Below are positions 29,455 through 39,698 of a DNA stretch of 64,000 nucleotides, one piece after another. Position 1 is the stretch's first letter; each line of letters starts with the position of its first letter. Source of the DNA: Myxococcota bacterium (GTDB taxonomy: Bacteria > Myxococcota_A > UBA9160 > UBA4427); the NCBI GenBank assembly GCA_965250285.1, contig OZ252299.1, positions 2,464,001 to 2,528,000 on the forward strand. Direction: 5' to 3'. A program made the translations under genes and the position numbers. The notes beneath the pieces were generated by a model. It saw only the letters and a list, made by a program, of their open reading frames with translations, searched no databases and was not told the origin of the DNA.

Positions 29455-29970
29455 ATGAGACCCGGTCGCCTCCATCACCATGCGTACGTCTCCCGCGATC
29501 TCGAGGCCACGCGGCGATTCTACGAGGACATCGTCGGGCTCCCCCTCGTCGCCACCTGGTGCGAGAACGAGTTCGGCCAGAACTACTGCCATGTCTTCTT
29601 CGAACTCGAAGACGGCAGCGCCCTCGCGTTCTTCCAATTCGAGAAGCCCGACGTCACCGAGGCGCACGCCGCGCTCGCATCGACGTCGCCCTTCGACCAC
29701 GTTGCGCTGACGGCCACCGAGCCGCTTCGGGCCGAGATCGAAGAGCGCGCCGAGCGAGCCGGCCTGGAGACCGTTTTCATCGACCACGGCTACTGCCGTT
29801 CGCTCTACCTTCGCGACCCCGATGGCCTGATCGTCGAGCTGACCGTCGACGCTCTCGACGCGCTCGCCGCCGCTCCCACGCTTCGACGCCGTGCGCATGA
29901 GGAGCTCGAGCGCTGGCTCGCGGGCGACCTGACCGACAACAACGACTTCCGCGCGGCTCGAGAGGCGTAG
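29455..29970 (+). CDS. VOC (glyoxalase/extradiol dioxygenase-like) family protein
   Basis: LHHHAY..RDLEATRRFYEDIVGL, DHVAL, DHGYCRSLYLRDPDGLIVE; AGGAG RBS. Confidence 0.9.
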   Translation: MRPGRLHHHAYVSRDLEATRRFYEDIVGLPLVATWCENEFGQNYCHVFFELEDGSALAFFQFEKPDVTEAHAALASTSPFDHVALTATEPLRAEIEERAERAGLETVFIDHGYCRSLYLRDPDGLIVELTVDALDALAAAPTLRRRAHEELERWLAGDLTDNNDFRAAREA

Positions 29971-29973
29971 GCC

Positions 29974-30636
29974 ATGGAGCTGTCCGGCAAGCGCCTCACC
30001 CTGAGCTTCGACAACGGCCCGTTCCCGGACGTGACGCCGGGGGTGCTCGACGCCCTTTACGAGCGGGGGCTCAAGGCAAGCTTCTTCGTGTGTGGCAAAG
30101 ACGCGCAGGTGCCCGAGCGACGCGAGCTCATGCAGCGCGCTCGCGAAGCGGGGCACTGGCTCGGCAACCACACGCAGAGCCACACCATCGAGCTGGGCAC
30201 GAGCGATGATCCGAGCGTTGCGCATGATGAGATCGCCGCGGCGCAGCACGCGCTCGGTGACTTGAGCGCGCCCGAGCGCTGGTTCCGCCCCTATGGCGGG
30301 GGCGGTGTGATCGGCCCCAACCTGCTCAGCAAGGCCGCGCTCGACCTCCTCTGCGAAGGCGCATTCTCCGTCGTACTCTGGAACAGCGTGCCGCGCGACT
30401 GGGAGGCACCCGACGCGTGGCCCGACGTCGCCCTCGAGCAGATGGCCGTGCAGGACTGGACGCTCATGGTGTTGCACGACATCCCGACGGGTGCCATGAA
30501 GGCCCTGCCCCGCTTGCTCGACGCAGCGCTCGAAGCGGGCGTGGAGATCGTTCAAGCGTTTCCGCCCGAGTGCGTCCCCGTTCTTCGCGGCGTCGCGAAA
30601 CGCCCGCTGAACGACATCGTATCGGGGCTCGACTGA
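29974..30636 (+). CDS. Polysaccharide deacetylase (NodB/CE4) family protein
   Basis: LSFDNGP, GNHTQSH, WFRPYG, RDW, VLHD. Confidence 0.88.
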   Translation: MELSGKRLTLSFDNGPFPDVTPGVLDALYERGLKASFFVCGKDAQVPERRELMQRAREAGHWLGNHTQSHTIELGTSDDPSVAHDEIAAAQHALGDLSAPERWFRPYGGGGVIGPNLLSKAALDLLCEGAFSVVLWNSVPRDWEAPDAWPDVALEQMAVQDWTLMVLHDIPTGAMKALPRLLDAALEAGVEIVQAFPPECVPVLRGVAKRPLNDIVSGLD

Positions 30637-30696
30637 AGCGGACCCATGGCGAAGAGGCGTCCCGCCCTCTTCGTCGAATCGGAGCATGAAGAACCA

Positions 30697-31527
30697 ATGG
30701 ACGTAGTCGACGTCTTTGCACAGCACCCGACGCCGCGATTCATCTCCGACCCGATCTTCGCCTCGCTGCGACGGTGGACGAAGATGCCCGACCCGGATCC
30801 GAACGTGGCGATCCCCGTCGATGCCACCCTCCGCGCGATGGAGGCCGGCGGCGTGTCGCAGTGCCTCGTCGCGGCCTGGTACGCCCCGCGCAACGTGATG
30901 ATCTCGAACGACGAGGTGGCGTCGTTCGTCGACGCATCCGGCGGGCGACTCGTCGGAGTGGGCTCGGTCGACATCTCGCGTCCGATGGAGGCGGTCGCCG
31001 AGATCCGGCGCTGCGTAAGCGAGCTCGGCTTCAAGGCGATTCGCGTGCTGCCCTGGCTCTGGGAAGCGCCGCCCACCGACCGTCGCTTCTATCCCGTGTA
31101 CGTGGCGTGCGCGGAGCTCGGCGTCCCCTTCTGCACCCAGATCGGCCACACGGGCCCGCTCATGCCTTCGGAGGTCGGCCGCCCGGTGTACCTCGACCAG
31201 GTGGCCCTCGACTTTCCCGAGCTGACGATCGTCGGTGGGCACATCGGCTATCCGTGGACGGACGAAGCGATCGCTGTCGCGACGAAGCACGAGCGCGTCT
31301 ACATCGATACGTCGGCCTACACCGTGCAGCGATACCCGGCCGCGCTCGTGGAATACATGCGGACGAACGGGCGAAAGAAGGTCCTGTTCGGGACCAACTA
31401 CCCGATGATCCTGCCTGCGAAGGCCCTCGAGGGTCTCGACGCGCTCGGCCTCGATGACGAAGGCCGCGCACTGTTCCTGGCGGGCAACGCACGTCGCGTC
31501 TTCGGCCTCGACGAATCGCGCGGCTGA
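30697..31527 (+). CDS. Amidohydrolase (amidohydro_2) family protein
   Basis: QIGHTG, VGGHIGYPW, VYIDTSAY, VLFGTNYP; alternative start 30646. Confidence 0.9.
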   Translation: MDVVDVFAQHPTPRFISDPIFASLRRWTKMPDPDPNVAIPVDATLRAMEAGGVSQCLVAAWYAPRNVMISNDEVASFVDASGGRLVGVGSVDISRPMEAVAEIRRCVSELGFKAIRVLPWLWEAPPTDRRFYPVYVACAELGVPFCTQIGHTGPLMPSEVGRPVYLDQVALDFPELTIVGGHIGYPWTDEAIAVATKHERVYIDTSAYTVQRYPAALVEYMRTNGRKKVLFGTNYPMILPAKALEGLDALGLDDEGRALFLAGNARRVFGLDESRG

Positions 31528-31671
31528 ACGGGGCGCTTCGACCGCGCTCACCTGCACCCGGGCGGATGACGGACAGCGCCGAGCCGTCCCGACCAACCTT
31601 TGGGCGGGTCGACGCTGGCGACCGAGCCCGATCGCCGGCAAGCTTCACGGGCCCGTTCGAGGAGCTCGACA

Positions 31672-32925
31672 ATGACCCAGGCCCATGCCGATCCGCCCCG
31701 TCCCGCTGCCTGGGTCCCGCCGCTCGAACGCACCGACGGTCAGGCCGCACCGATCGCGGCCAACGAAGGGCTCTCGTACGCTGCCTTCGAGCGCGACGGT
31801 GACGCAGGCACGACGGCCGCCACCGAGGACGCACTGCTGGCCGCCCAGTCGGGCGAAACCCAGGCGCTCCTCGAGTCGATCCAGAGTGCGCCGCCGGGGC
31901 CCGTCGAGACGAAGTGGGGCCTGGGCTTCCGGCGCTTCACCGAGTGCGTCGACTACATCCGCGACCAGGGCATGCAGGCGCCCGAGGGCGGTGCCGTGGT
32001 GCCGCTGCGCTACTCGGTCAAGGAGGCGCCCTCCTACTCGATCGTCTCCTCGAACGCGCTCTGGCAAGACCCCGAACGCAAGGCCGAGGCGGCCGCGCTT
32101 CGTCGAGACGAGACCGACGGCCATCGCTGCGGCCTCTACTTTCCGCAGGTGCTGCGCGACGCCCGGCGCATCGAGAGCGAGTACCCCGGGCTCTCACCCT
32201 ACACGCCCGAATGCATGGACCAGCTCGGTGTGTCGCTCGCCCACCTCGAGTCGAAGTGCACGAATTTCTACGACTCGGCCGAGGTCGAACGGGTCTACTA
32301 CCCCGAGATCGAGCAGCTGCTGCTCGACTTCTTCCCCGGCGCCACCGACGCGGTCGTCTACAACCACGATGTCTTCGACAAGGACTACGAGGGCGACCGC
32401 ACCGAGGATCAGGCCGCGAAGAACCCGGGTGTGAACGCGGCGTATGCCAACGTCGTGCACAACGACCTGAACGACAACAGCGGGCGCGTGCGCTGCCGCG
32501 AGCTCCTGACCCAGAACCTGCGCAACTTCGGACGCACGCTGCACTACACGGAGGCCGAGGCCGACGCGAAGATGTCGCGTCGCTTCATGTCGATCAACCT
32601 CGCGAAGCCGATGGAGACGGTGCAGCAGAACCCGTTCGTGCTGTGCGCCTGGCCATCGTTCGCCGACCAGCCCTATGTCAACAACTATCGGGTGTATGAC
32701 GACCGGGTCGGTGAGACGACGTACTTCATGCGCCGCGCCGAACACCAGTGGTACTGGATCCCGAACCAGACGCCGACCGAGGTGTCGATGCTCAAGTGCT
32801 ACGACTCCGTGAAGGACGGGCGGGTCTCGCGCTGGTCGTTCCACTCGTCGAGCATCGACCCCACCGCCCCGAAGGACGCCCCCTGCAGAAAGAACCTCGT
32901 CGTGCGCTCGTACGTCTTCTACTAG
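31672..32925 (+). CDS. CmcJ/NvfI/AsaB-like oxidoreductase with N-terminal extension
   Basis: VYYPEIEQLL, VVHND, HQWYWIPNQTPTEV..LKCYDS, FHSS, RKNLVVR. Confidence 0.75.
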   Translation: MTQAHADPPRPAAWVPPLERTDGQAAPIAANEGLSYAAFERDGDAGTTAATEDALLAAQSGETQALLESIQSAPPGPVETKWGLGFRRFTECVDYIRDQGMQAPEGGAVVPLRYSVKEAPSYSIVSSNALWQDPERKAEAAALRRDETDGHRCGLYFPQVLRDARRIESEYPGLSPYTPECMDQLGVSLAHLESKCTNFYDSAEVERVYYPEIEQLLLDFFPGATDAVVYNHDVFDKDYEGDRTEDQAAKNPGVNAAYANVVHNDLNDNSGRVRCRELLTQNLRNFGRTLHYTEAEADAKMSRRFMSINLAKPMETVQQNPFVLCAWPSFADQPYVNNYRVYDDRVGETTYFMRRAEHQWYWIPNQTPTEVSMLKCYDSVKDGRVSRWSFHSSSIDPTAPKDAPCRKNLVVRSYVFY

Positions 32926-33189
32926 CTCGCGGTCGATGACGGCTCGTCCGAACAGGCCCGTTCGCGCGCGGGGTCGGCGCGATTTCGAGGGCGTGTACCC
33001 CGTCTTGATTCGATGAAGATTGTGGAGACCCGGGCTCGCCGCGCGTCAATCGCGGCGGCGCTCGCGAATTCGAACCGGGCTGCAATCGACCCGGCTCGTG
33101 CGCACGGCTCCTCGAGAATCCGCAGACTTTGGCTTGCGCGCGCTCGCTTTCGATAGAACTGCCGCGCCAGCTGTGTCAATTTGGTGACG

Positions 33190-34119
33190 ATGGCGAGTCG
33201 AAAGATCCGACATGATCTCGAGCTGAGCTCGGGCGAGACGACCTTCGTCCGCGAGTACGCTCCGCTGCACGCGCGCAGCAGCGACGTCCCGACCGTCTTC
33301 TTGCTGCACGGCCTCGGCTCGACCGCCCGCCTCGACTGGGGCCCCGCGTTCCGTCCGCTGGCCGAACACTTCCGCGTCGTGAGCCTCGATCATCGCGGTC
33401 ACGGACGCGGACCGCGGGCCGATCGCTTCTGCCTCAGACGGTGCGCCGACGATGTGGCGGAGGTCGCTGACGCGCTCGGCATCGAGCGCTTCATCGCGGC
33501 CGGCTGGTCGATGGGGGGCCCGATCGCCTGCTTGACCTGGCAACGTCACCGTCGACGCCTCGATGGTCTGGTCTTGTGCGCAACCGGTCGGCACTTCGTC
33601 CCAAAGGTGGCGGCCCGCGCAGCGCGACTCGCCCTCCCCGCAGCAGTGGGCCTCGCTCGCGTCCTGCCCGACGCGGCCCGCAACCAGCTCATCCACCAGA
33701 CCCTGACCCGTGTGCCCAGCGACGAGAGGCGCCGAAGGCGCGTGCAGCGCGAGTACGCCGGCCACGATCCGGCCTGTGTGCTCGACGCGTTTCGCGAGCT
33801 CACGCGCTACGCAGCGCACGATTGGGTGCGTGAGATCGATGTGCCGTCGGCCTCGATCGTCACGCGCCAGGACCGACTCGTTCCGGCGAGCAAGCAGCTT
33901 CGTCTGGCCGCCGCCATCCCCGACACGGCCGTCTTCGAAATCGACGGCGATCACAGCGCGTGCGTGACGCAGACCGATGTGTTCGTGCCGGCGCTGGTCG
34001 AGGCATGCCTGAACGTGTCGGCGCGCAGCCGAGCCGGGCGGGTCTCGCGCCGCCGCATGCGGCGCGTCGACGACACAAAGCGACGGGGCGAGCGGGTCGA
34101 GCGAGCCCGCGCCGTCTGA
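33190..34119 (+). CDS. Alpha/beta hydrolase
   Basis: LLHGLG, DHRGHGRG, GWSMGG nucleophile elbow, DRLV, GDH. Confidence 0.92.
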   Translation: MASRKIRHDLELSSGETTFVREYAPLHARSSDVPTVFLLHGLGSTARLDWGPAFRPLAEHFRVVSLDHRGHGRGPRADRFCLRRCADDVAEVADALGIERFIAAGWSMGGPIACLTWQRHRRRLDGLVLCATGRHFVPKVAARAARLALPAAVGLARVLPDAARNQLIHQTLTRVPSDERRRRRVQREYAGHDPACVLDAFRELTRYAAHDWVREIDVPSASIVTRQDRLVPASKQLRLAAAIPDTAVFEIDGDHSACVTQTDVFVPALVEACLNVSARSRAGRVSRRRMRRVDDTKRRGERVERARAV

Positions 34120-34251
34120 CGCACCGCGACCGGAGCAGGTCGGTGTTCAGGCCAGCGATTCGCAGTGCGGTCGACCGCGACGCTCCGAGCTTCGGTCATG
34201 ATCGACTCGGCAAGTCAGATCGCCGGCGTGAACCACGTCCGGCGCCGAGGC

Positions 34252-34710
34252 ATGCTGACGAGCGTGCCTGACTCGCTTCTCACGACGCGGCGGCGGCGCC
34301 CGTGGTGGGCGACCTCGATGGCCGCATTCTGTGCCGCGACCGTCCTCTTTCTGATCTACCGCGACCTCACGATCCCGCACGTCCGCAACACGGAGGTCTG
34401 GTTCGGATTCGAGGTGACGGGCGCGCTCGCCTGGGCGACGGCCCCGCTGCACTGGGCGTTCTTTGCGATCGGCGCCTGGGGCTACTGGCGGGGCGCGCCG
34501 TGGATCTGGCCCGGGGCCTCGGTCTATGCCTTCTACATTGCCGTCAGCCACCTCATCTGGAACCTCACCAGTCCGCATGGCGAAGGATGGAGCGCGGGGC
34601 TCTGGCAGCTCGCCCTCTTCAGCGTACCGGCCGTGGCGCTGCTCTTCGCGCGACCGTCGGCCGAGAGAGCCGCTCGGTCGCGACAGCGGTCCTCGCAGCG
34701 CCCGGGCTGA
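34252..34710 (+). CDS. Hypothetical membrane protein
   Basis: 4 TM segments, EVWFGFE..G..AWATAPLHW; start uncertain. Confidence 0.75.
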   Translation: MLTSVPDSLLTTRRRRPWWATSMAAFCAATVLFLIYRDLTIPHVRNTEVWFGFEVTGALAWATAPLHWAFFAIGAWGYWRGAPWIWPGASVYAFYIAVSHLIWNLTSPHGEGWSAGLWQLALFSVPAVALLFARPSAERAARSRQRSSQRPG

Positions 34711-34866
34711 AGACTCGTTCGGGTCTCGGCGCGCTGAACCCGACGACATCGCGGGGCGACCCGCCATTGCCATGCAGCGCGCCTGCGCCCAGACTCCCCG
34801 GATCGTCGCGCGGTCCGGCACCCCGCTCGGCCCGCGCATCCTCACCGGAGATCGCAGGAGCCCGCC

Positions 34867-35487
34867 ATGATCAAGCTCTACGGCTTGCGTTTCAGCAACT
34901 ACTACAGCCTCACCAAGGCCATCCTCCTCGAGAAGGGGCTCGAGTTCGAGGAGGTGAAGGCGCCGCCGTCCCAGGACGAGGCGTATCTCGAGCGCTCGCC
35001 GATGGGCAAGATGCCGGCCATCGAAGTGGACGGTCGCTACCTGAGTGAATCGCTCGCCATCGCCTCGTACCTCGAGCGCATTGCGCCTGAACCGGCCCTT
35101 CTGCCGAGCGACCCCTTCGAAGCGGGCAAAGTGATCGAGCTCTCGTGCCACCTCAAGCTCGACGTCGAGCTCGTGGCGCGGCGCCTGCTTCCTCAGGTGC
35201 TCTTCAACAAGCCCGTGAGCGACGAGACCAAGGATCAGGTGCGCGCCGATCTGGCCAAGGGCATGAAGGCGGTCGAGCGTCTACTCGTCTGCTCGCCCTA
35301 CGCCGCCGGCGATTCAATCACGCTCGCCGACTTCTACGCCCAGTACACGTTCGGCGCAGCCTCGCTCTTCGCCAAGCAGGTGCTCGACCTCGATCTGCTG
35401 GCCGACCACCCGCGCGTGACCGAGCTGCTCGCGCGGCTGGCGAAGCATCCGAGCATCGCGCGCGTGAGCGAGGAGGCCGCGGGCTGA
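34867..35487 (+). CDS. Glutathione S-transferase
   Basis: SNYY, SPMGKMP, LSESLAI, AGDSITLAD; AGGAG RBS. Confidence 0.93.
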   Translation: MIKLYGLRFSNYYSLTKAILLEKGLEFEEVKAPPSQDEAYLERSPMGKMPAIEVDGRYLSESLAIASYLERIAPEPALLPSDPFEAGKVIELSCHLKLDVELVARRLLPQVLFNKPVSDETKDQVRADLAKGMKAVERLLVCSPYAAGDSITLADFYAQYTFGAASLFAKQVLDLDLLADHPRVTELLARLAKHPSIARVSEEAAG

Positions 35488-35541
35488 AGAGGGGCGCGCA
35501 CCCGCCACGCTGGGTGCGGCGACATGTGACGGTCGGCGCCG

Positions 35542-36666
35542 CTAGAGCCAGACCTCGAGGTTGCCCTGGCGACCGATCTCGCGATCGATGCGTGCGTCGA
35601 GCACGGGGGCCATCCCGCTGCGTTCGAGCACGTCGTCGACGGCGGCTCGGGCGCCGGCATCGAGCGCTGCGTACGCGTCCTGCACGCGCTTGAGCAGATA
35701 GAAGCGGTAGGGCTGCGCCAGGGCGCGGATCGTCTTGCCCCGAAGCTCGAACTCGGCGTGACCCGCACCCCGTGCGCACTCGGTGCCTGGCGCGAGCTCA
35801 TCTTGCCTGCCCAGCCAGGCGTTGATCGCCTCGGCCGCCGCAAGCGTCTCGGGGACGAAGTCTTCGGCGAGTGCAGCGAGCACCTCGATCAACGTCTCCG
35901 GTATCTCGTCTGCCCCCAGGTAGCTCTCCTCCTGGCGATCCATCCCGAGCAGATCGGCCTCGCGCCGGTTCATGCGCTCCACCCACCGAAAGACCCGCGG
36001 GCTCTTTGTCTGCATCAGAGCGAGGGGCTTCGGGTCGCGGCCGAGATGACCGAAGAGCGGCGCGATCATGCCGAAATCCCCAATACACGGGCGTCCCCCC
36101 AGCAGGTACGCGTGCGACTCGAAGTGACGATCGAGTGCACCGAGCTGGTCCGCATAGACGTCTTCGACGAGGCGTCCATTCTCGGACGTGACGCCGAATT
36201 GCGACGTCGCCTGCCTCATCGCCTCGATGATCCCGCGCGCCATCTTCCTTCCGCCCTCGCCCGGCGGCGTCATCATGCCCATGTGGAACTCGAGAAACGC
36301 GAGGTTTTCGGCGTCGAAGTTCCAGCGGTAGTGCATGGCCGGGCGCAGCAGCCCTTCGGCCCCGATGACGTCGAAGAGGCGGCTCACGAGCTGCTGCTTC
36401 GGCGTGGCCGGCGAGAAGGCGTGACCCGATTCGGCTTCGAAGTGGTCGATGATCGCCGCGCCATCGCGAATCACGCGACCATCGGTGAGCTCGATGGTCG
36501 GCATGCCCAGGCGTCCGCCCGCGAGCGGCAAGACCGTCTTCAGAAAGTGCTCGGTCTTGGGCGCACACTCGCGGTAGGTGACGCCCCTCTTGATCAGATA
36601 GCTGCGCGCACGGCCTGCGTAGAGCGAATGCGGTACGGCATACAACGTCGCGGGCTGCGCTTTCAT
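35542..36666 (-). CDS. GST-like N-terminal domain protein (long form)
   Basis: SLYAGRARSYL, MPTI..DG..IRD, AMHYRW, YLLGGRPCIGDF, HLGRDP; ATG 36666 after GGAGAG. Confidence 0.85.
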   Translation of the reverse strand: MKAQPATLYAVPHSLYAGRARSYLIKRGVTYRECAPKTEHFLKTVLPLAGGRLGMPTIELTDGRVIRDGAAIIDHFEAESGHAFSPATPKQQLVSRLFDVIGAEGLLRPAMHYRWNFDAENLAFLEFHMGMMTPPGEGGRKMARGIIEAMRQATSQFGVTSENGRLVEDVYADQLGALDRHFESHAYLLGGRPCIGDFGMIAPLFGHLGRDPKPLALMQTKSPRVFRWVERMNRREADLLGMDRQEESYLGADEIPETLIEVLAALAEDFVPETLAAAEAINAWLGRQDELAPGTECARGAGHAEFELRGKTIRALAQPYRFYLLKRVQDAYAALDAGARAAVDDVLERSGMAPVLDARIDREIGRQGNLEVWL

Positions 36667-36770
36667 CGATCTCTCCAGGTCGTCGGGCGAAACAGCGTGC
36701 CGCAGACGGTATGGCCGACGCTGGCGCACGTCCATCCAGGTGAGGCGATGCCGAGCCCCGGGGCCGCGGC

Positions 36771-37442
36771 TCAGCTCTGCCCCTCGTCTTGCAGGCTCTG
36801 CCCGACGAGTGCGCGCACCGTGCCCTCCAAACGCTTCTCGGCGTGTGCGTCGGAGCCGAACCACGATGCGAGCTCCAAGGCGACGTGACCGTGGGTGGTC
36901 GACCAGGCTGCGCGGGCGAGCGCCTCGCCGTTCGGGAACGAGCGCTGGGCCGCATCCGAGGCCTCGAAAGCGCGTGCCGCGCACGCTTGCACGACCTGAA
37001 AGCTCTTCAACGCGACGCGCTGGCTCGCAGCGCTCGGCTCGAAGCCGGCGTCGCGTCCGAACATCAGCGCGTAGAGCTCGCGGTGCTCGAGCGCAAAGCG
37101 TCGGTAGACCAGGGCCAGGTTCGCAAGGTCGCCCGGGGCCGAGTCGCTCGGCGGCAGGGCAAGGCATGCCGCCTCCAAGCTCTCGAAGCCGCTCTCGAAC
37201 AGCGCACCGAGAAGCCCCTGCTTGCCGCCGAACAGCGTGTACACGAGCTGGTACGACGTCCCGAGCTCTCGGGCGAGGCGCCGGACCGAGAGCGCCTCGA
37301 CGCCCTCCTCCTCGAGCAGACGCTTCGCCGTGGCGAGCACGACGGCCCGGTCGTGCCGGTCGACGTTCGGGTTTCGGCGCTGGCCGCGACGCGACCGAAC
37401 GCGGGCGTCGCCCTCCGCTGCTTCGTCTGCCATTGCGATCAT
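36771..37442 (-). CDS. TetR family regulator (WHG-type C-terminus)
   Basis: LSVRRLARELGTSYQLVYTLFGGK; YALMF; WSTTHG. Confidence 0.92.
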   Translation of the reverse strand: MIAMADEAAEGDARVRSRRGQRRNPNVDRHDRAVVLATAKRLLEEEGVEALSVRRLARELGTSYQLVYTLFGGKQGLLGALFESGFESLEAACLALPPSDSAPGDLANLALVYRRFALEHRELYALMFGRDAGFEPSAASQRVALKSFQVVQACAARAFEASDAAQRSFPNGEALARAAWSTTHGHVALELASWFGSDAHAEKRLEGTVRALVGQSLQDEGQS

Positions 37443-37443
37443 G

Positions 37444-37473
37444 ATATGACAGTGTAATATGACGGTGTCATAT
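37444..37473. promoter_or_regulatory. Two overlapping palindromic TetR operators
   Basis: ATATGAC-AGT-GTAATAT (37444-37460) and ATATGAC-GGT-GTCATAT (37457-37473) between divergent genes. Confidence 0.75.
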
Positions 37474-37495
37474 TCGGCAAGGCTAGGAGGCAGCC

Positions 37496-38839
37496 ATGGA
37501 AAGTCGATGGATTTCAGGCGCTTACAGGCCGCGGACAGACGAGGTCGTCGAGCGCAATCTGAGGGTGACGGGTGAGCTGCCGCGCGAGCTCGCAGGGCGC
37601 TTGGTGCGCATCAGCCCGAATCCGCCCGGCCGCGTCGGGTCCGACTACGAGTGGTTCGCCGGCGCGGGCATGGTGCACGCGGTGCGACTCGAAGATGGCC
37701 GTGCCCTCGAGTACCGAAACCGCTGGGTGCGCACGCCCGAGGTCTCGCGCGCGCTCGGCGAAGCACCGCTCTGCGACCCCCTTCCCTTCTTCGACACGGC
37801 CAACACCCACGTGATCCCGTTCGGGGGCGAGCTGCTGGCCATGACCGAGACGTGTCTTCCCTACCGGCTCGACCTCGATCTGGCGACGCTCGGGCGCGAG
37901 GACTTCGGCGCCATCGAACGATTCACGGCGCACCCCCACGTCGACCCCGTGACCGGCGAGCTCCACGCCGTGGGGTACGCGGCCGACGACGAGCCGCTCA
38001 CGACCTACTGGGTCATCGACAGCGATGGCAAGGCCCGGCAGAAGCGAGACGTCTCGCTCGCCGCCTCCGCCTTCGTGCACGACTTCGCGTTGACGCGACG
38101 CCATGTGGTCTTCTACGACCTCCCCCTCCGGTTCCATCCCGGTGACGCTGCCGCGGGGAAGACGATCCCGTACCGCTGGGATACATCGGGCTCGGCTCAC
38201 ATCGGTGTGCTGCGACGCGATCGACTCGACGATCCCGTTCGCTGGATCGAGATCGAGCCTTGCTGGATCTTCCACACGCTCAACGCGTACGACGGCCCCG
38301 ACGACGAGATCGTGATCGATCTCGTGCGCTTCGACCGATTCTACGACCAGGACCGAACGGGGCCCGGCGACCCGTTCCCCCCGTCGCTGCACCGGTTCAC
38401 GATCGATGCCGGACGAACCCGGGTCGCCGATGAACCGGTCGACGAGCGACCGCAGGAGTTTCCGCGCCTCGACGAGCGCTTCTTCACACGGCGGCACCGC
38501 TACGGCTACACGACCCAGCTGCTCGACGCCGATGCCCGCGGCGGCGTTCTGCTGCACGATTTCGTGGGCGCCGAGAGCGCCCAGTGGCTCACCGAGCCCG
38601 GCGAACGCATGAGCGAAGTCGTCTTCGTCGCCCGCTCGGAGACAGCGCGCGAAGGCGAAGGCTGGCTTCTCGGCCTGCGCACCGGGGGCCAATCCGCCGG
38701 CGCGGAGCTCCTCGTCTTCGAGGCCGAAGCATTGAGCGAGGGCCCGGTTGCGCGTGTCGAGATCCCCCACCGGATCCCGGTGGATGTCCATGGCAGCTGG
38801 GTCTCGGCCTCGAACCCGGGCGGCGGGTGCTGGCGATGA
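37496..38839 (+). CDS. Carotenoid oxygenase family (CCD / lignostilbene dioxygenase-like)
   Basis: Four Fe His ligands TAHPH, FVHDF, IFHTLN, DVHGSW; EFPR; AGGAGG RBS. Confidence 0.93.
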   Translation: MESRWISGAYRPRTDEVVERNLRVTGELPRELAGRLVRISPNPPGRVGSDYEWFAGAGMVHAVRLEDGRALEYRNRWVRTPEVSRALGEAPLCDPLPFFDTANTHVIPFGGELLAMTETCLPYRLDLDLATLGREDFGAIERFTAHPHVDPVTGELHAVGYAADDEPLTTYWVIDSDGKARQKRDVSLAASAFVHDFALTRRHVVFYDLPLRFHPGDAAAGKTIPYRWDTSGSAHIGVLRRDRLDDPVRWIEIEPCWIFHTLNAYDGPDDEIVIDLVRFDRFYDQDRTGPGDPFPPSLHRFTIDAGRTRVADEPVDERPQEFPRLDERFFTRRHRYGYTTQLLDADARGGVLLHDFVGAESAQWLTEPGERMSEVVFVARSETAREGEGWLLGLRTGGQSAGAELLVFEAEALSEGPVARVEIPHRIPVDVHGSWVSASNPGGGCWR

Positions 38840-39558
38840 TCGAACCGACCTCGAGCGACACGGCGATCCCGATCCCGCCGCCGCGCGCGCTCGCGGGCGA
38901 GCTGACCGGCCTGCTCGAGCTCGCGCGTCTCGGCTACGCGTTTCGGAGCTTGCTGCGCGAGCCTCGCGGCGACGGATCGGTCGTCTTCGTGCTGCCCGGA
39001 TTCGGCGCGGACGACCGATCGACGTGGCCACTGCGGCAGTTCTTGGGCGCCCTGGGCTACGACGCGCGCGGCTGGAGTCGGGGCGCCAACCGAGCCGATG
39101 TGCCCGATTCGATCGAAGCCATCGGCGCACACGTGCAGCACACCGCTGAGCAGCTGGGCGCACCCGTCTCACTGATCGGCTGGAGTCTCGGCGGATACAT
39201 CGCGCGCGAGATCGCTCGCGATCGACCGCACGTCGTTCGCCGCGTCGTCACCTTCGGCAGCCCGGTGATCGGCGGGCCCAAGTACACCACCATCGCGCCA
39301 CTCGCCTCTCTGCAAGGCTGGGATCTCGACGAGATCGAGGCCATGGTCGAGGCGCGAAAGGCGGTGCCGCTTCGCGTGCCGGTGACCGCCATCTACAGCC
39401 GCCGCGACCGTGTCGTGGCTTGGCAGGCCTGCGTCGATTCGGAGGGAGGCGCCCCGATCGAGCACGTCGAGGTCGATTCGACGCATCTGGGTCTCGGGTT
39501 CAGCCCGACCGTCTACCGCCTCGTCGCCCGGGCGCTCTCGGCCGAGAAGCGAGGCTGA
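38836..39558 (+). CDS. Alpha/beta hydrolase (esterase/lipase-like)
   Basis: VLPGF, GWSLGG, YSRRDRVV, THLGL; ATGA overlap. Confidence 0.9.
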   Translation: MIEPTSSDTAIPIPPPRALAGELTGLLELARLGYAFRSLLREPRGDGSVVFVLPGFGADDRSTWPLRQFLGALGYDARGWSRGANRADVPDSIEAIGAHVQHTAEQLGAPVSLIGWSLGGYIAREIARDRPHVVRRVVTFGSPVIGGPKYTTIAPLASLQGWDLDEIEAMVEARKAVPLRVPVTAIYSRRDRVVAWQACVDSEGGAPIEHVEVDSTHLGLGFSPTVYRLVARALSAEKRG

Positions 39559-39642
39559 GCGGCCGCCCCCGACCCCGCGCGCGCTCGTTCACACGAGCCG
39601 CGCGCAGACGATCCAGCCGCTCGACGATCCCATCGATCTGAT

Positions 39643-39658
39643 GTATACGTCCGTATAC
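39643..39658. promoter_or_regulatory. Probable TetR operator
   Basis: GTATAC-GTCC-GTATAC upstream of the desaturase-tetR pair. Confidence 0.6.
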
Positions 39659-39698
39659 TTTTGGGATCCCCGTGGATCGGGCTCGAGAGAGGCGCGCG

